Of a stretch of DNA of 64,000 nt, positions 11,901 through 24,400 are shown one piece after another. Under the pieces are notes generated by a model. The model worked only from the letters and a program-made list of their open reading frames with translations, ran no database searches and was not told the DNA's origin. How positions within the stretch are numbered: the first letter of the stretch is position 1; every line of letters starts with the position of its first letter. A program made the translations under genes and the position numbers. Source of the stretch: Styela clava (lineage: Eukaryota). Location of the stretch: NCBI RefSeq assembly GCF_964204865.1, contig NC_135262.1:13888001-13952000 (forward strand). Reading direction: 5' to 3'.

Positions 11901-14344
11901 GAGTGGTAGCCTCATTCGTCAGTGGAATTTGCAAAAATTAGTTTTTTGTTAGAATTTCGCTATGAGCTATGAAAATTTTCGTCAAATGCTTGCAGAAAAT
12001 AGCCAATTCTTCATTTTGTTGTGTTGGTCTTTTTCAATACAATACCATCATCTAACTATGAAATTTGAAATTTAATGTTGTTTTCAAATTTGACATCTCT
12101 CTGACATGTGTTTGAAAAATAATTTTTCTTGGAAGAATTATATAAAAAAAAGGTATTCAGTAAATATTAAGTAGCATATGTTGGTGTCAAGCAAAAATGA
12201 AAGAAAATAGTGTGGTCTGACGAACGCGTGGCATGTTTGCGTGTCACGAACAGCATTTCATGAAAGAATTCTTAGTAAAATATTACAATAAAACTTAAAA
12301 TCGGGCTTCAAAATAATGATTAAATTAAGAGCAATATCAATTTCAACAACTTTCTAAAATAAAAGTCATAACAAAACAACAAAGTACAGCAAATAAACAA
12401 GATGTTTTTTGACGTAATTAGTCAAAATAGTACGAGCATCAAGATAGGCAAAATTGAAAAACGTATATACGCGTCAACCAATCGCTGTTTATGAATCCAG
12501 CGGAAAATTGAGAATCTCCTACGCCACCTTACGGAACGTGACTACATTCAAATTTTTCTTACGCAACAGTTATGTCTTGATTTTATTTGGTTGTTTTAAA
12601 GAAAACATGATACAAGTTTGTACATTTCAGATCTATGTTTAAGCATATTAACTGCGATTGCAACTCGAATATTCGGAATTGTCTTTATTCGGTCATTTAA
12701 CAAAATAAATATTTTGCTGCTTCATTTTTAGTGTAAATGATTACCTACTGCATTTTTGTTTTTATTGGGACAGTAATTTCATTTACCTTTATTGTATACT
12801 TTATTATTTCATCGTCACTCATGGTTCATATATTTTGGCATTTTATTTTTAATACTTGCCAAGCTTCTACATAAGTTTTTGAAATTCTCTTGAATCTTCT
12901 CGCTGGCAAATTTTGCGTGGCATATTCATGTGCAAGAGAATAGGTGAAATTATCACAGTCGCAGGTTGTTTCGAGTAAAAGCTGAGCAAATACGGTTTCT
13001 ATCACCCTTCAAGTAAGTTTGTAAAAGAAACTATTTCTATACTCGATATAAACTAGTAACTTGGCTAGGGAATATTTGCTTATCAAGTTATCAGTATTCT
13101 TCACCTGCCTCAACGGCTTCACTGTCTCCCTGAATAAATAAAGAGAATTTCTTAAATCCCATTTCCGTCTCGATAAAAGATATTGATGCTGATCAAAATG
13201 TCTCTTTTATTGCTGAAAATATATTAAGTGTCATTGAGTTAATTTTTTTGCTTGGTACAATTATACAAATCTTTTCCTATTACTTTTACATTGCAATTTG
13301 GAATTGACGAAATAAATCCGCTCTACTTAGCTATCCACGGGTTAACATTTTGATCAATATGCCATTTTGATGGGATTTTTATATCATATGTCATTGACCA
13401 TAAAATTATTGATAAAAGTATTTGAACACAAAAGAAACATACCCGCATAAAAGTTGTAGGTAAAAAGAAAATAAATCCTGATTCTGGTTGTTATAATACA
13501 CTCATTAGGATTTTTATACTGCGGACTCGAGGCTGCGTTCACATTGGAGTAACAAAAATTAAATTTGACTGAATAATTCATGACATGTATTTACGACCCA
13601 TAGGTTCCATGACCCAATCGGAATATCCGTGCCATATCAGGCTATTGTTTGAGGATTTATATGACCAGCATCGAAATATAATACCCATCGTATCTTACAA
13701 AGCAAATACAACTGAAACGAATAACAAACAGTCTTCAGAATAGGTGTACTTGTCTGATATATATACTCTGTTTGAACACTCTCCGTGGTATCAATAAGTC
13801 AACAACTTGATTCTGTTCTAGTTCACGCTATAGCAGAAGGAATCAGATGTGTGAATACTAGACATATTAGTGTCGTTCGTTTATAATATATTATATACGA
13901 GCTAAGCTATAGGGAGCGTTTAGTAGCGCTGGGATGCAAAAGTTCTTTAATGGCGACAATTCTAACCATTTTTTTTGTAATATCTAAAGTAATTTTACCG
14001 TCTAAACTAAAAGAAGTATACGAGTATATATATCGAAAACCGTCAGACATGAAACTTATATATATTATATATATATATATCATTATAGGCAGGCCAACTG
14101 GTCACTCGAGGAAGTGTTAGAAACGATATCTGCTCTAAATACCTGGCTTGTATCAGTAACCGAGAAAAAAGCCGTTGTTTGTGACATTAGCAGTAGCGGT
14201 TTTCAACCTCGTATATAAATTGTGTCAAATATCCGTTACATATAATTTCTCTATTTTCTGTAAAATAAGATCTCTTTGTGATATATGATGAGTGAACACT
14301 ACGGACAGGAATAAATGTAGTCCAAGTAGTTCTTTACGAGAAGC

Positions 14345-15115
14345 ATGAGGGCACTGGCTAACAAAAATATTCGCATTGGATTAATTGAAATTGAAGATTT
14401 TTATCAGGAATTACCACCATGCTTCAGCAGAGACAATGCCAGCAATGAATCTGTTGATCACGATGTAGAAAGAGCCACCGTGTTTTCCTATGACACCAGT
14501 TTTTTTAAAAAAGGATACCCTGAAATTATTAAAACATCAAACCTTGGTGAATTTGAAGCTTTAAAAAGACGTCTTCCAAATTTACCGATGTTTATGAATG
14601 TAAGTGTGGGGGTTGAAGGTCGTCCAGAGAGCGAAGTAGGACTCATAATGTTTATTAACACAAAGCACTCCGAAATTTCACATGCTCTAAGAGGAAAATT
14701 GGACGAAGCAGAAAATTACTTCAGACGTGGAAAAAAATTTTCTCTTCAGATTGATTTTAGTCGTTCGCTGATAAATTGGTATAAGCATGATCGCTTACAA
14801 GGGGGCGGGGATTGCTATACAAAACGGGCACGATTTTACATAACTAATTCGAGTATTCCATGTGGTGTAGGCAAAAATTACTTGTCTCGCATATTTTTCC
14901 AACCTCCGTATTCCATATACAGAAGTATAATTTTTAATGACTTGAAAGCTTCTATCTCCAGCCCTACCCAGCTGATATTACCAACAAATCAGGGATATGC
15001 AAATGCACAACAAGAACAGTTACAAGATGACGACCCAAACGTTCCTCAGCCTGCATACAATCCGGGCGCACCTCCTCCATATAAAACATTTCTACCTGGA
15101 ACCGCAATGCCTTGA
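14345..15115 (+). CDS. 256-aa uncharacterised protein (single coding exon) with C-terminal PPxY motif
   Basis: Longest ORF in the window, far above chance length for this AT-rich DNA; TATA-like 'tatataaat' at ~14213; ends PQPAYNPGAPPPYKTFLPGTAMP. No domain recognised. Confidence 0.7.
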   Translation: MRALANKNIRIGLIEIEDFYQELPPCFSRDNASNESVDHDVERATVFSYDTSFFKKGYPEIIKTSNLGEFEALKRRLPNLPMFMNVSVGVEGRPESEVGLIMFINTKHSEISHALRGKLDEAENYFRRGKKFSLQIDFSRSLINWYKHDRLQGGGDCYTKRARFYITNSSIPCGVGKNYLSRIFFQPPYSIYRSIIFNDLKASISSPTQLILPTNQGYANAQQEQLQDDDPNVPQPAYNPGAPPPYKTFLPGTAMP

Positions 15116-16306
15116 CGAATTATCCATCATAGGCATAAAATGGATGTATAGCAAAGAAGCGAAATTAACTTGACGAACTTAATTTAAATTGACGCATTCA
15201 CGAACAGACAACAATGAGACAAAAAGTACAAAAGCTGTTTCAAATGTGATACCGTTCACTTTATTAGGACGTTTTTCAAAAGGTCACTAAATCCATCTAT
15301 TTTTTATGTTTTTTAAAACACTATACAAGTTTACCAGAAGTTCGTTGGGAATTTCCACATGTATTTTGTGTAAATTGTAAGCAAACCTAAGATGAGAATT
15401 ACTAGACATGAATTGTGCATCGTTTTGCTAAATTGTTGCTGGTACTTGTGGTTGTTGTCTCAAAAACATCACAGAGCGTTTTGAGAATCGCTATTTTCCA
15501 ATTCACTGTTTATTGAATTATATAGTCATTTCATTTTGTAACTGAAATTATTTTAAATATATTTTATATATGTGTTATGTAGTATGGTTATCAAGCTTTT
15601 ATCCGATTTGTAGTTGATATGTCTCTAATCATACATGGGGGTAGGTTCCTACGGGAAGCTTTTTTTTGTATCCAAACATGTTTAAAAGCGCTTGTTCTAC
15701 AAAAAAGATTTGTTTTTAATTTGATTTTATAATGTTGAGGCACCATAATTGATGAAGCCATGGGCCTGATAAGAATGGAAAATTTCAATAAATCTTATGT
15801 CGTTTTTAAAATGAGGAAAACATTTTCATATTTTGATATTTCCCTATAATCTCAACGCCACGGATAGGAATATGTAAATATTATTACGAGCAGCACAGAA
15901 ATTTGATTTCATGGTATAAATGTTTGTAAAAAACGAACAGTGGTCTCAAACCTTGTTGTTTCAATATTGCACAACTTGATTTAAATTTAAAATTGGGCAG
16001 TGTTGCATTAAATCGCCTCAATTAATTTCTCTGATGATCATTTTTAAGACAGTGGAACGCACATGCATGTAACGTATACCTGAAAATTTGATTCAGGAAA
16101 TTCTGAGAGGAGGACAGAACGTCATAACCAGACCAAAATCTATAAATAACACGCATTAGTCTAGAATAAAATTGGTGGATTCGACAGCAAAACACCAGTT
16201 ACTCTCATAAATCCTGATTATTACAGATTTATTCGAAATAGGTAAGGAATATACATTAATTATTAGAAATTTCCTCTTACAAGAAAGTGAATCAATGTGG
16301 TATGAT

Positions 16307-16903
16307 CAGGCTTGTCCCTGGGACGTATTTTTCTGTTCCATTCCATCCCATTTTTCCATTGGAATACAATTCAATAAAAATTAACAAAGTGGCGCTTCCC
16401 ACGAGGGCAAGTTATAGGTAAATATGAAGGGATGCTGGTTAGGGGGTGGATGGATGCAGGCGGGTCGTAGCACCGGACGAATCCCGAATATTCTTCCGGC
16501 TCGGGGCACGGCCCCCACCGCAAAAACTACTCGAAAAGTTTCCAGTGATCGCACAAATGCTATTCCATTCTAGAAACAACGCTAAACGATCCCTAAACCA
16601 CAAAATCATTCAAGTGTGATTTATTTGATGGTATGATTTACAGGTACTCGCCTCCAATTCACAAAACTCCTCTTTCTCTTGACCGGTCTCAATGGTGGAG
16701 TATGTATGTGGACACCGTTCCGGACTCAAATGTCCAGTTTTGTCCAAATCGCCCCGCCAGGACATAATGTTAATTTTGTTGACGCACAAAACGTAATCTC
16801 ATATAAATTTTTCCCAATTATCTTTCGTGTCCCGCTTGTCCCAATTGCTTCACGTGTAACATGGCAAATACAAATGTGTGGTGCCCCATCTCATCCAAGC
16901 CTG
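16307..16903. mobile_element. hAT-like MITE
   Basis: TIR caggcttg / caagcctg, internal gtccc/atccc motifs, degenerate 8-bp TSD ggtatgat / gatataat. Confidence 0.65.
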
Positions 16904-18426
16904 GATATAATATAGAAGGGCGCGCCCTATTGATCCCGAAGACGAATTTAGCTATTTTATGAGATGAAGGGAATACGAAATAAAAGTTGATAAAATCTTT
17001 TGGTAGCGCATATATGCTTATTATTTATTGTATTATCACCAGAACTCTGGAAGTATACAAGTATTTTTCTTATTGAAGAAGAGATCGAAATCAAGTCAAG
17101 TGTTTCTGGTCGGGTGCTTGTTTGAGTTCAGGTTTGAGTACAAATGTACAAATAGTTAGCTTATTCATTCAATGAATTTTGCTCTACAATTTTATATTAA
17201 TTCTGCATGTCGTAAAATGATATTTAATAAATTATATTCAATAACTATATTGTAAAGCAGCTCAGTTGGAACATTAAATTTATCACGTTAAATTCAACTT
17301 AATAAATTTTGCGTAATTTTTCACTGAGGTTTAGTTTAGAATAACCAGAAACTGTATGTTGCAAAAATTGTCAATAATTCTTTTTCTTTTTCAATATTGA
17401 TAAACTTTTTTTTGTCCAGCCTTCTCACGAATGTGGTAAAGCCGAAAAAAACAATAGTTTTTGATTTCCATTTTTAGTATATTGGGAGGGTTTGCGGTGG
17501 TTAGCTACTACAAATATAATAGGAAATCCCTTAAATACCATCACATCTCCGTGACGACGGGGGATAATCACACTGGAAAAATTAATACATATAACTTAAA
17601 TATTGCGGTATTTGCAATAAAACAAACTTTATAAATACGGAAGTGTTTTGTATGAATTCAAAGAAATAAAGGAGATAATTACGTAAAAGGTACAAAATTC
17701 GAAAGCAGTTGAACAGTAAAATTATTATTAATTTTGCATCACTTTAAAAGTATCCTATTACAGAAAAAGTTATTCCGTATTTCATGTCTAGTCGAGCATC
17801 GATATTGTGGCGGCTTTCCGCAGCACATCCTTGGTCTGCTTATTGATATAATGATATGGGTATATATATGACTTTCGTGAAAACAGACATAAATTACCCA
17901 CTTCAAATTGCGGAATGGGTCAGGGTGTCTGAACGCCAAAGTTTAGTAATGTCGCAGTAATATGGTCTGATACTATATGTATTCCGATGTGCCAAACAGT
18001 GAAAGATTTTTATAATTTAGTTTCAGAACTGCTATAAAAACTAACAAAGTGTGGGTAAATATACTGTAATTTGCGTTTCTTGATTTTACAAGCTATAGAC
18101 CAGACCAGACAGGGTCCTGTAATATTACATTGATACGCTGATAGAACACATTTTTCACATAACTATAATAGTTATTGGGAAGTATTCAATCGTCTTAAAT
18201 AATGAAGATTTTTATTTATTTTTTGACAAATATTTAATATTTAAAATTTTTATACCAATTTTCGATAGATAAGCAAAATGGGCGGAAAATAAAAAAAAAT
18301 GGTTCTTAAAAATTTGAGTTTTAATACTAAGAAATATAATCAGCATGTAGAAAATAAGAAAACAAATATTGTACTGAAATTTTATTCATTAATTTTTCAA
18401 ATGAGATATAAAGCTACTCTGCTGCT

Positions 18427-21400
18427 ATGTATTCTAATATACTCACTACGCTTGTAATGTTATGTATCCAACAATTCAACAGTATCTTGGGATTAATGGA
18501 AGATCAATTTGATAAATCAGTGAACGGTAAGGGTAAATGTATTGTTTGTTGCATTATTATGTTAAGATTTATTTTATTTTATTGTATTGCTTCTCTCTTT
18601 TGCTTATTGATCTTATTTTGATATTGATCTGTTTTGATATTGATTTGACACGTAATTTAGGAAAATCTTAGAACTTTAAATGATATAGATCTATTCACTA
18701 TTGTATGTTACATCATCGTTGATATAATGATTTTGATATTGGTCTCTTATAATTGAGCAAACAAATTAAGCTTAAAAGGATCCGAACCAAAAACTATGCC
18801 CTATCGTAACTTCATATTTTATAGACATATATACTAAAACAATAATGAAAATAAAATACCCAAATATAATAATTCAATGATTTTATTGAAACAAAATATA
18901 CCATTGTGTTAGGATTCTATATTAACAATATTGAAAGAATAAAAACGTATAAGAGAATTAAATAGTGGTACGATACAGTTTTCAAATACAATGAGCTAAC
19001 AAGCCTAAAAATTAGAAGTTCAGATCGAACTAACTACTATAAATGCAATAATAATTACATAGGTCATAGATGAATCTTTATCAAGAAAAAAATTCAGCAA
19101 TCCTCCTATTGTAGTTTTCTGTTACATTATTCCATTTTTATATGAGAGAGATAAAAATGTTTGTTACAGAGGAAAATGCAATCGCTGAATCAGTAAGAAT
19201 TTCTGATTCTTGGAATTCTATGGTTGATCAGTCAAGAGTGGAAATTTTCAATGCAGCATCCTCTTCTAGTCATATCAGACCAAGAAAGAAACGAACAGTT
19301 TCAACAGGTGAAGTAATATGTTTAAAAAGAGGAAGGTTTTCAAGGCTCGTATGTTTCAACATTCGGGCATCATCAAATCACATCATTGAATTATAACTAA
19401 AAAAGTTTAATCGAGTAATTAAGGCAATTTATTGAAACAAGTTCTATTTCAGAAAACAACGCGTGTGTAACCGGAGAGCATAATTGCGGAGAAAATGCAG
19501 TTTGTTTGATAACTTCGTGGTCTGATTACAAATGCAATTGTAAGATTGGATTTGTATGGAATGGTAACCAGTGCACAAGTGAGTTTTTCAATCCTGAAAT
19601 AAGCTGGACGGTACGATAACTTTATGATATTTAGACTATGAAATCTTAGATTTACAAATAATTAATCAATTTTATTTGGGGAAATCGCTTAATTTTGGCC
19701 ATATATTATATCATGTGAGTAGAATTAGAAACATGACACTTTAAAACAGAAACATGACACTTCAAACAAAGCGGAAGTAAAAAGGAAACTCGAATCTTAT
19801 CACGTTTTAAAATAATTGCGGAGAACATAGTTCGACAAATCCACTTAGCTCATAGACGAGGTCAAGATGTCTAACATGATTTGTCAAATCTTTTAAAAAA
19901 AAATGTAATGATAGATTTGTAAACTATTAGTTTTTGTCCATGAATACAGGTCACATTCACGATTTAATTGTAAAACTAAAAATTGAAATACCAAGTATAG
20001 GCAAAAGTAGCTTTTCGTAAGCTATACTACTACTTTATAATATATTGAAGTAGAAAAATGCTCAACATGTGAACTAGAATCTTGACAGCAATGTCTGACA
20101 ATGTCAGAATGTCTGACAGCAAAATTTTGAACAAAGTAACAATTTATGTAAATATGTAATTTTCATTCCGCAGGAGCTAAAACTATTTATATGGTATCAA
20201 ATCAAGGAATTTCTATACAGTTGTCGCTAAAAAGCAATACATACACTGTAAAATATTTTTGTTTGTTTGTGAAAAAAATAAGTATATATCCGTAAAAATA
20301 CGAGCTGTGGTGAGGGGAATTTCGCATTAGGAAGCCATTGCGTACGAACATTTTGTAACACTTCGTATTCTTACGTTTGTTTGGCCAATTGTCTGAACAT
20401 TTGGGTATATGTCTGATTGGTGTCGCGTTTGAAAACTTGATTATTTTTTCAAACAACAAATATTCCTGCAGACGTATTGCCAGAATGCGCAATATAATGG
20501 ATCAACTGTAAATCCACAGTCATTCTGCAACTTTTGAAAGAGGTTTTCTCATTAATGGCAAGTTTGTTGTATAAACAACAAAGTTTTGAAAATAGACCGA
20601 AAACACCCTTCAATTTTAAAAAAGTCGTACTGCAAAACAGAAACCCTGTATTAGATTACAGGAAGTTGTATACATAAATATTACTTCTTGCTCATCCGCT
20701 GTTGAAAATGTCTGAGCAAAATAGGGTTAAGATTAGAATTGATTTCACATTTTTCTTTTAATTCAAATTTTATTCAACTTACAGATAGTTTTTATTTATG
20801 AATTTTTAACCAGTTTCTCCCAAGAAATGGATTGATATAATAATTGTTTACAAAAATAAATTCTCATTGGACCTCCTGAAGTATGCGCACCAAGATGGCG
20901 CACAGCCTGAAATCAGGTTGTGTACCAGGTTAGGTTTCAGGTTATGCGACATCTTGGTGCGCATACTTCAGGAGTACCGTCTCATTTTTGGATATGATAT
21001 ATATATGGTCCACACTATTTATAAAAAAAAATGAACGCAAAGATTATCCGGCATCATAGGCTATCAATTAAGGGGTCTCATTTCAACATCAAAGAAATTG
21101 TGATGAATCTAATACAGAAAGAAACAAACTTGCATATATACTAGCCTTTCATAAGCTCAAACGTCAACTAAGAGTCTCAAAGCAGCACAAACCAAAAAAT
21201 GAATTTCAAATCAAAACACCATGCTATTAAAGGACGAACAATATACGTCACCAGGGTCAAATGTCGTGGCTGTTTTATGCGTTGCTAGATTTTCAGACAT
21301 AAATCAACACAAAGTACTGTCCTCCGAAGAATGATTTGTATTTGCTACATATATAATTTGATTAATAAAAATTTCTGCGTATTTCCCCAAATTTTTTGAA

Positions 21401-24400
21401 CTGTTGCTGTGTGATTGTTCGGTTACTTTGATAAAGTCAGCTATTCCCAAAACAATCATTTATACAGGGACTGATGAAGTATACGTTCGTCTGAATGGAG
21501 TATTTTCTTCAAATGCTGGAGTTAATCGTGGAAGAGCAGAAATTTTCCACGACGGTGAATGGGGAGCAATATGTGATGATGGATTTGGTATAGAAGAAGC
21601 ACAAGTAATTTGTAGAATGGCGGGATTTATAGACGCGTTAGAGGCTCCTTTAGCTGGATATTATGGACTACCGGATGTGGATGTAAAAATTTTGATTACT
21701 AGTTTGGATTGTGATGGAACGGAAACAAGCATAAACGATTGTAAGCATTCTGGGTGGGGAAATCATTCTTGTAACAGAGGAGAGGAGGCTTCTGTTGTAT
21801 GTACAGGTATAATTTTCCATAATGATTTTTACATATCTAAATCCAGAATAAAATTATTCCTGAGGGTATTAAATGAGATAGAAATTTAATACTATATATC
21901 GGAGTTTGGTGAAAGATTGGAGGAACTTAAATATTCACAAACAAAACTATTCTACGTAATAAAAACAATTGGAAATGAAATTTTTTTCAAACAAACAAAA
22001 TACTGAATATTTTACGAAAAGATAATTTTTTTTAACTCAAATTTTGTTTTTTCTAATTTCCAGGTAACACAATTCGTTTAAGAGACTCAAAATATAATTA
22101 TGAAGGAAGAGTTGAAATATTTCACGACGGAGAATGGGGAACAATTGGTGATGATTCATGGGATAACCTCAATGCTTTGGTAGTTTGTCGAATGCTTGGA
22201 TTTCCTGGAGCGGTATGGGGAATCCAAGACGCCTATTTTGGCGAAGGTACAGGAAAAATTTGGTTGAATGACGTCTCATGTAGAGGAGATGAACATAATG
22301 TGGAATACTGTCGACGTAGTGAGTGGGGGAATCCAGGTGCCGATCACAGTGAGGATGCATCTGTTGTTTGCATGCCAAGTAAGCAGCATTATCCGTGGCT
22401 ACCGGTAACTGACTTTTTTCAAAAATTTAAATAGTGAAATTTGTTCTATAGGAGAGAGTCGGAAACACTTTTTTTCTTTTACATCTTTTGGAGTAATGTA
22501 GAGAAGAGTAAAATGTAGTTTTTAATCAGCGACTAAGATTATACCCAAGCAAGATACACTCACCACCAAAATACCTTGTAAAACGTTTGTCACGAGCCTA
22601 CTTCACCCCACTGGTTGAGCACATTCGGACACACTTTGGTGCACGGTGAAGGAATTTGTTCAACTCAACAAAAATATCAACAAATCAGAATCGTTATTCA
22701 AACATTTTGAGGAACTGCGGAATTTCAAATTTGGAGATTTATTAGTTTGAAATTAATTTTCAATCAAAATATTCCAGACCTTTTTCAGAAAAATTCTTGA
22801 TAGTTTTTTTCCACATTGGCAGTATAAAGCTATCTCAACGACATACGTATCTGAATAGATTTTTATTGTTGAATTGTCTGTTAAATATTTTAGATCCTTA
22901 TTATTAAATATGAAATAAATTCATTGTGTTTTCCTTTGAATAATGCGTTATTCCAATCAGGTGAAAAGGCGTTTTGAAAGTTAGATTCTCGACAATTATA
23001 ATTTTCTTGTAAAAGGGCCGAAGAGTCTCTGAGTGCTTAAAAAGAACAATAATTGAAAGTGTAATTTTTTCCAATGGCCTGAACTGTTCACGGTGTTAAA
23101 CAAAACAACGAAATCACCAGATATAGAAACATTCGAAATGCCTGGCCAGAGCCCAGAGGCGACTAATTTCCTCTTTCGAATAAATTCAAAAATTTTATGT
23201 TTGAATCTGGGAATATATTCCAAATTGGCCCGGAAAATTGCACACAACATAACGCATTCCCAGGTCTTTAAGTACTCAATGGATAAAGGGCTGATATTTT
23301 TCAGCAATTATGGTGCGTCTCTATGGATCAACAGGAAAGCATCAAGGAAGAGTGGAAGTTCTGCATGATGGAGAATGGGGGACAGTTTGTGACGAATCAT
23401 GGGACATACGAGCTGCTGATGTCGTCTGTCGGATGCTTGGATATATTGGTGCAGACTCCGCACGTAGTGGCGCTTATTTTGGGAAAGGAATGGGAAAGGT
23501 TTGGTACAATAACGTTAATTGTACTGGATATGAAGATCACATGGATGAATGCAAAATATCGATTGGAGACGGGAGCTGTGGACATGATCGTGACGCCTCA
23601 GTGATATGCATACCTTCAAGTACCCCTTATCATACTTTATTGTTTACGCATTGCGTATTCTATATTGTCTTCGATATTATTTTTCCTTTATATGATTCTA
23701 ATTCAATATTCTCCCAAGAAAATATTTTGATCTATGGTATTACAAATCAATTTACGTTGTAGAAAAGATGATATAAGTGCCTTGTGTGAGCGAAGAAGTT
23801 ATGTCCATGAGATTCTATCATATGCTTTTTCAAGTTATAAATCTTTTATTTCAGTATCTCCCAGCAAAGTTCGTCTTGTAGATGACAAAACAGGTTTACA
23901 AGACAGAGGTCGAGTTGAAATTCTGCATCACGGAGTTTGGGGTACAATATGTGATGATAACTGGGATTTTGAAGACGCAAGAGTTATTTGTCGCATGTTG
24001 CAGTTTCAAGACGCGATGGATGCACCAGGTCAGGCTTATTTTGGGGAAGGAAAAGGAGTAATTTGGATGGATGAAGTTGAATGCACAGGAATGGAAACAG
24101 ACATCAAAACTTGTCCACAGAGAAAATGGGGTTTGCACAATTGTTATCACGACGAAGATGCATCTGCAGTGTGCATTGGTAATTATAATATAGAACAGTT
24201 CTTCGCTATTAATTATTTATTACTAAAATAATATCTAGTTTTGAACATTTTACAATATGCTCATAAGGTGTGAATCACTAAACAATATTTTAGCTGACAC
24301 ATTAAATGCTATAATATGATACGACTTTCCTGCTGAAATATTGCCATGAAAATCTGCAGTGAAGTCGTATGTACTATAAGCTAAAAACACCCAACCAATT

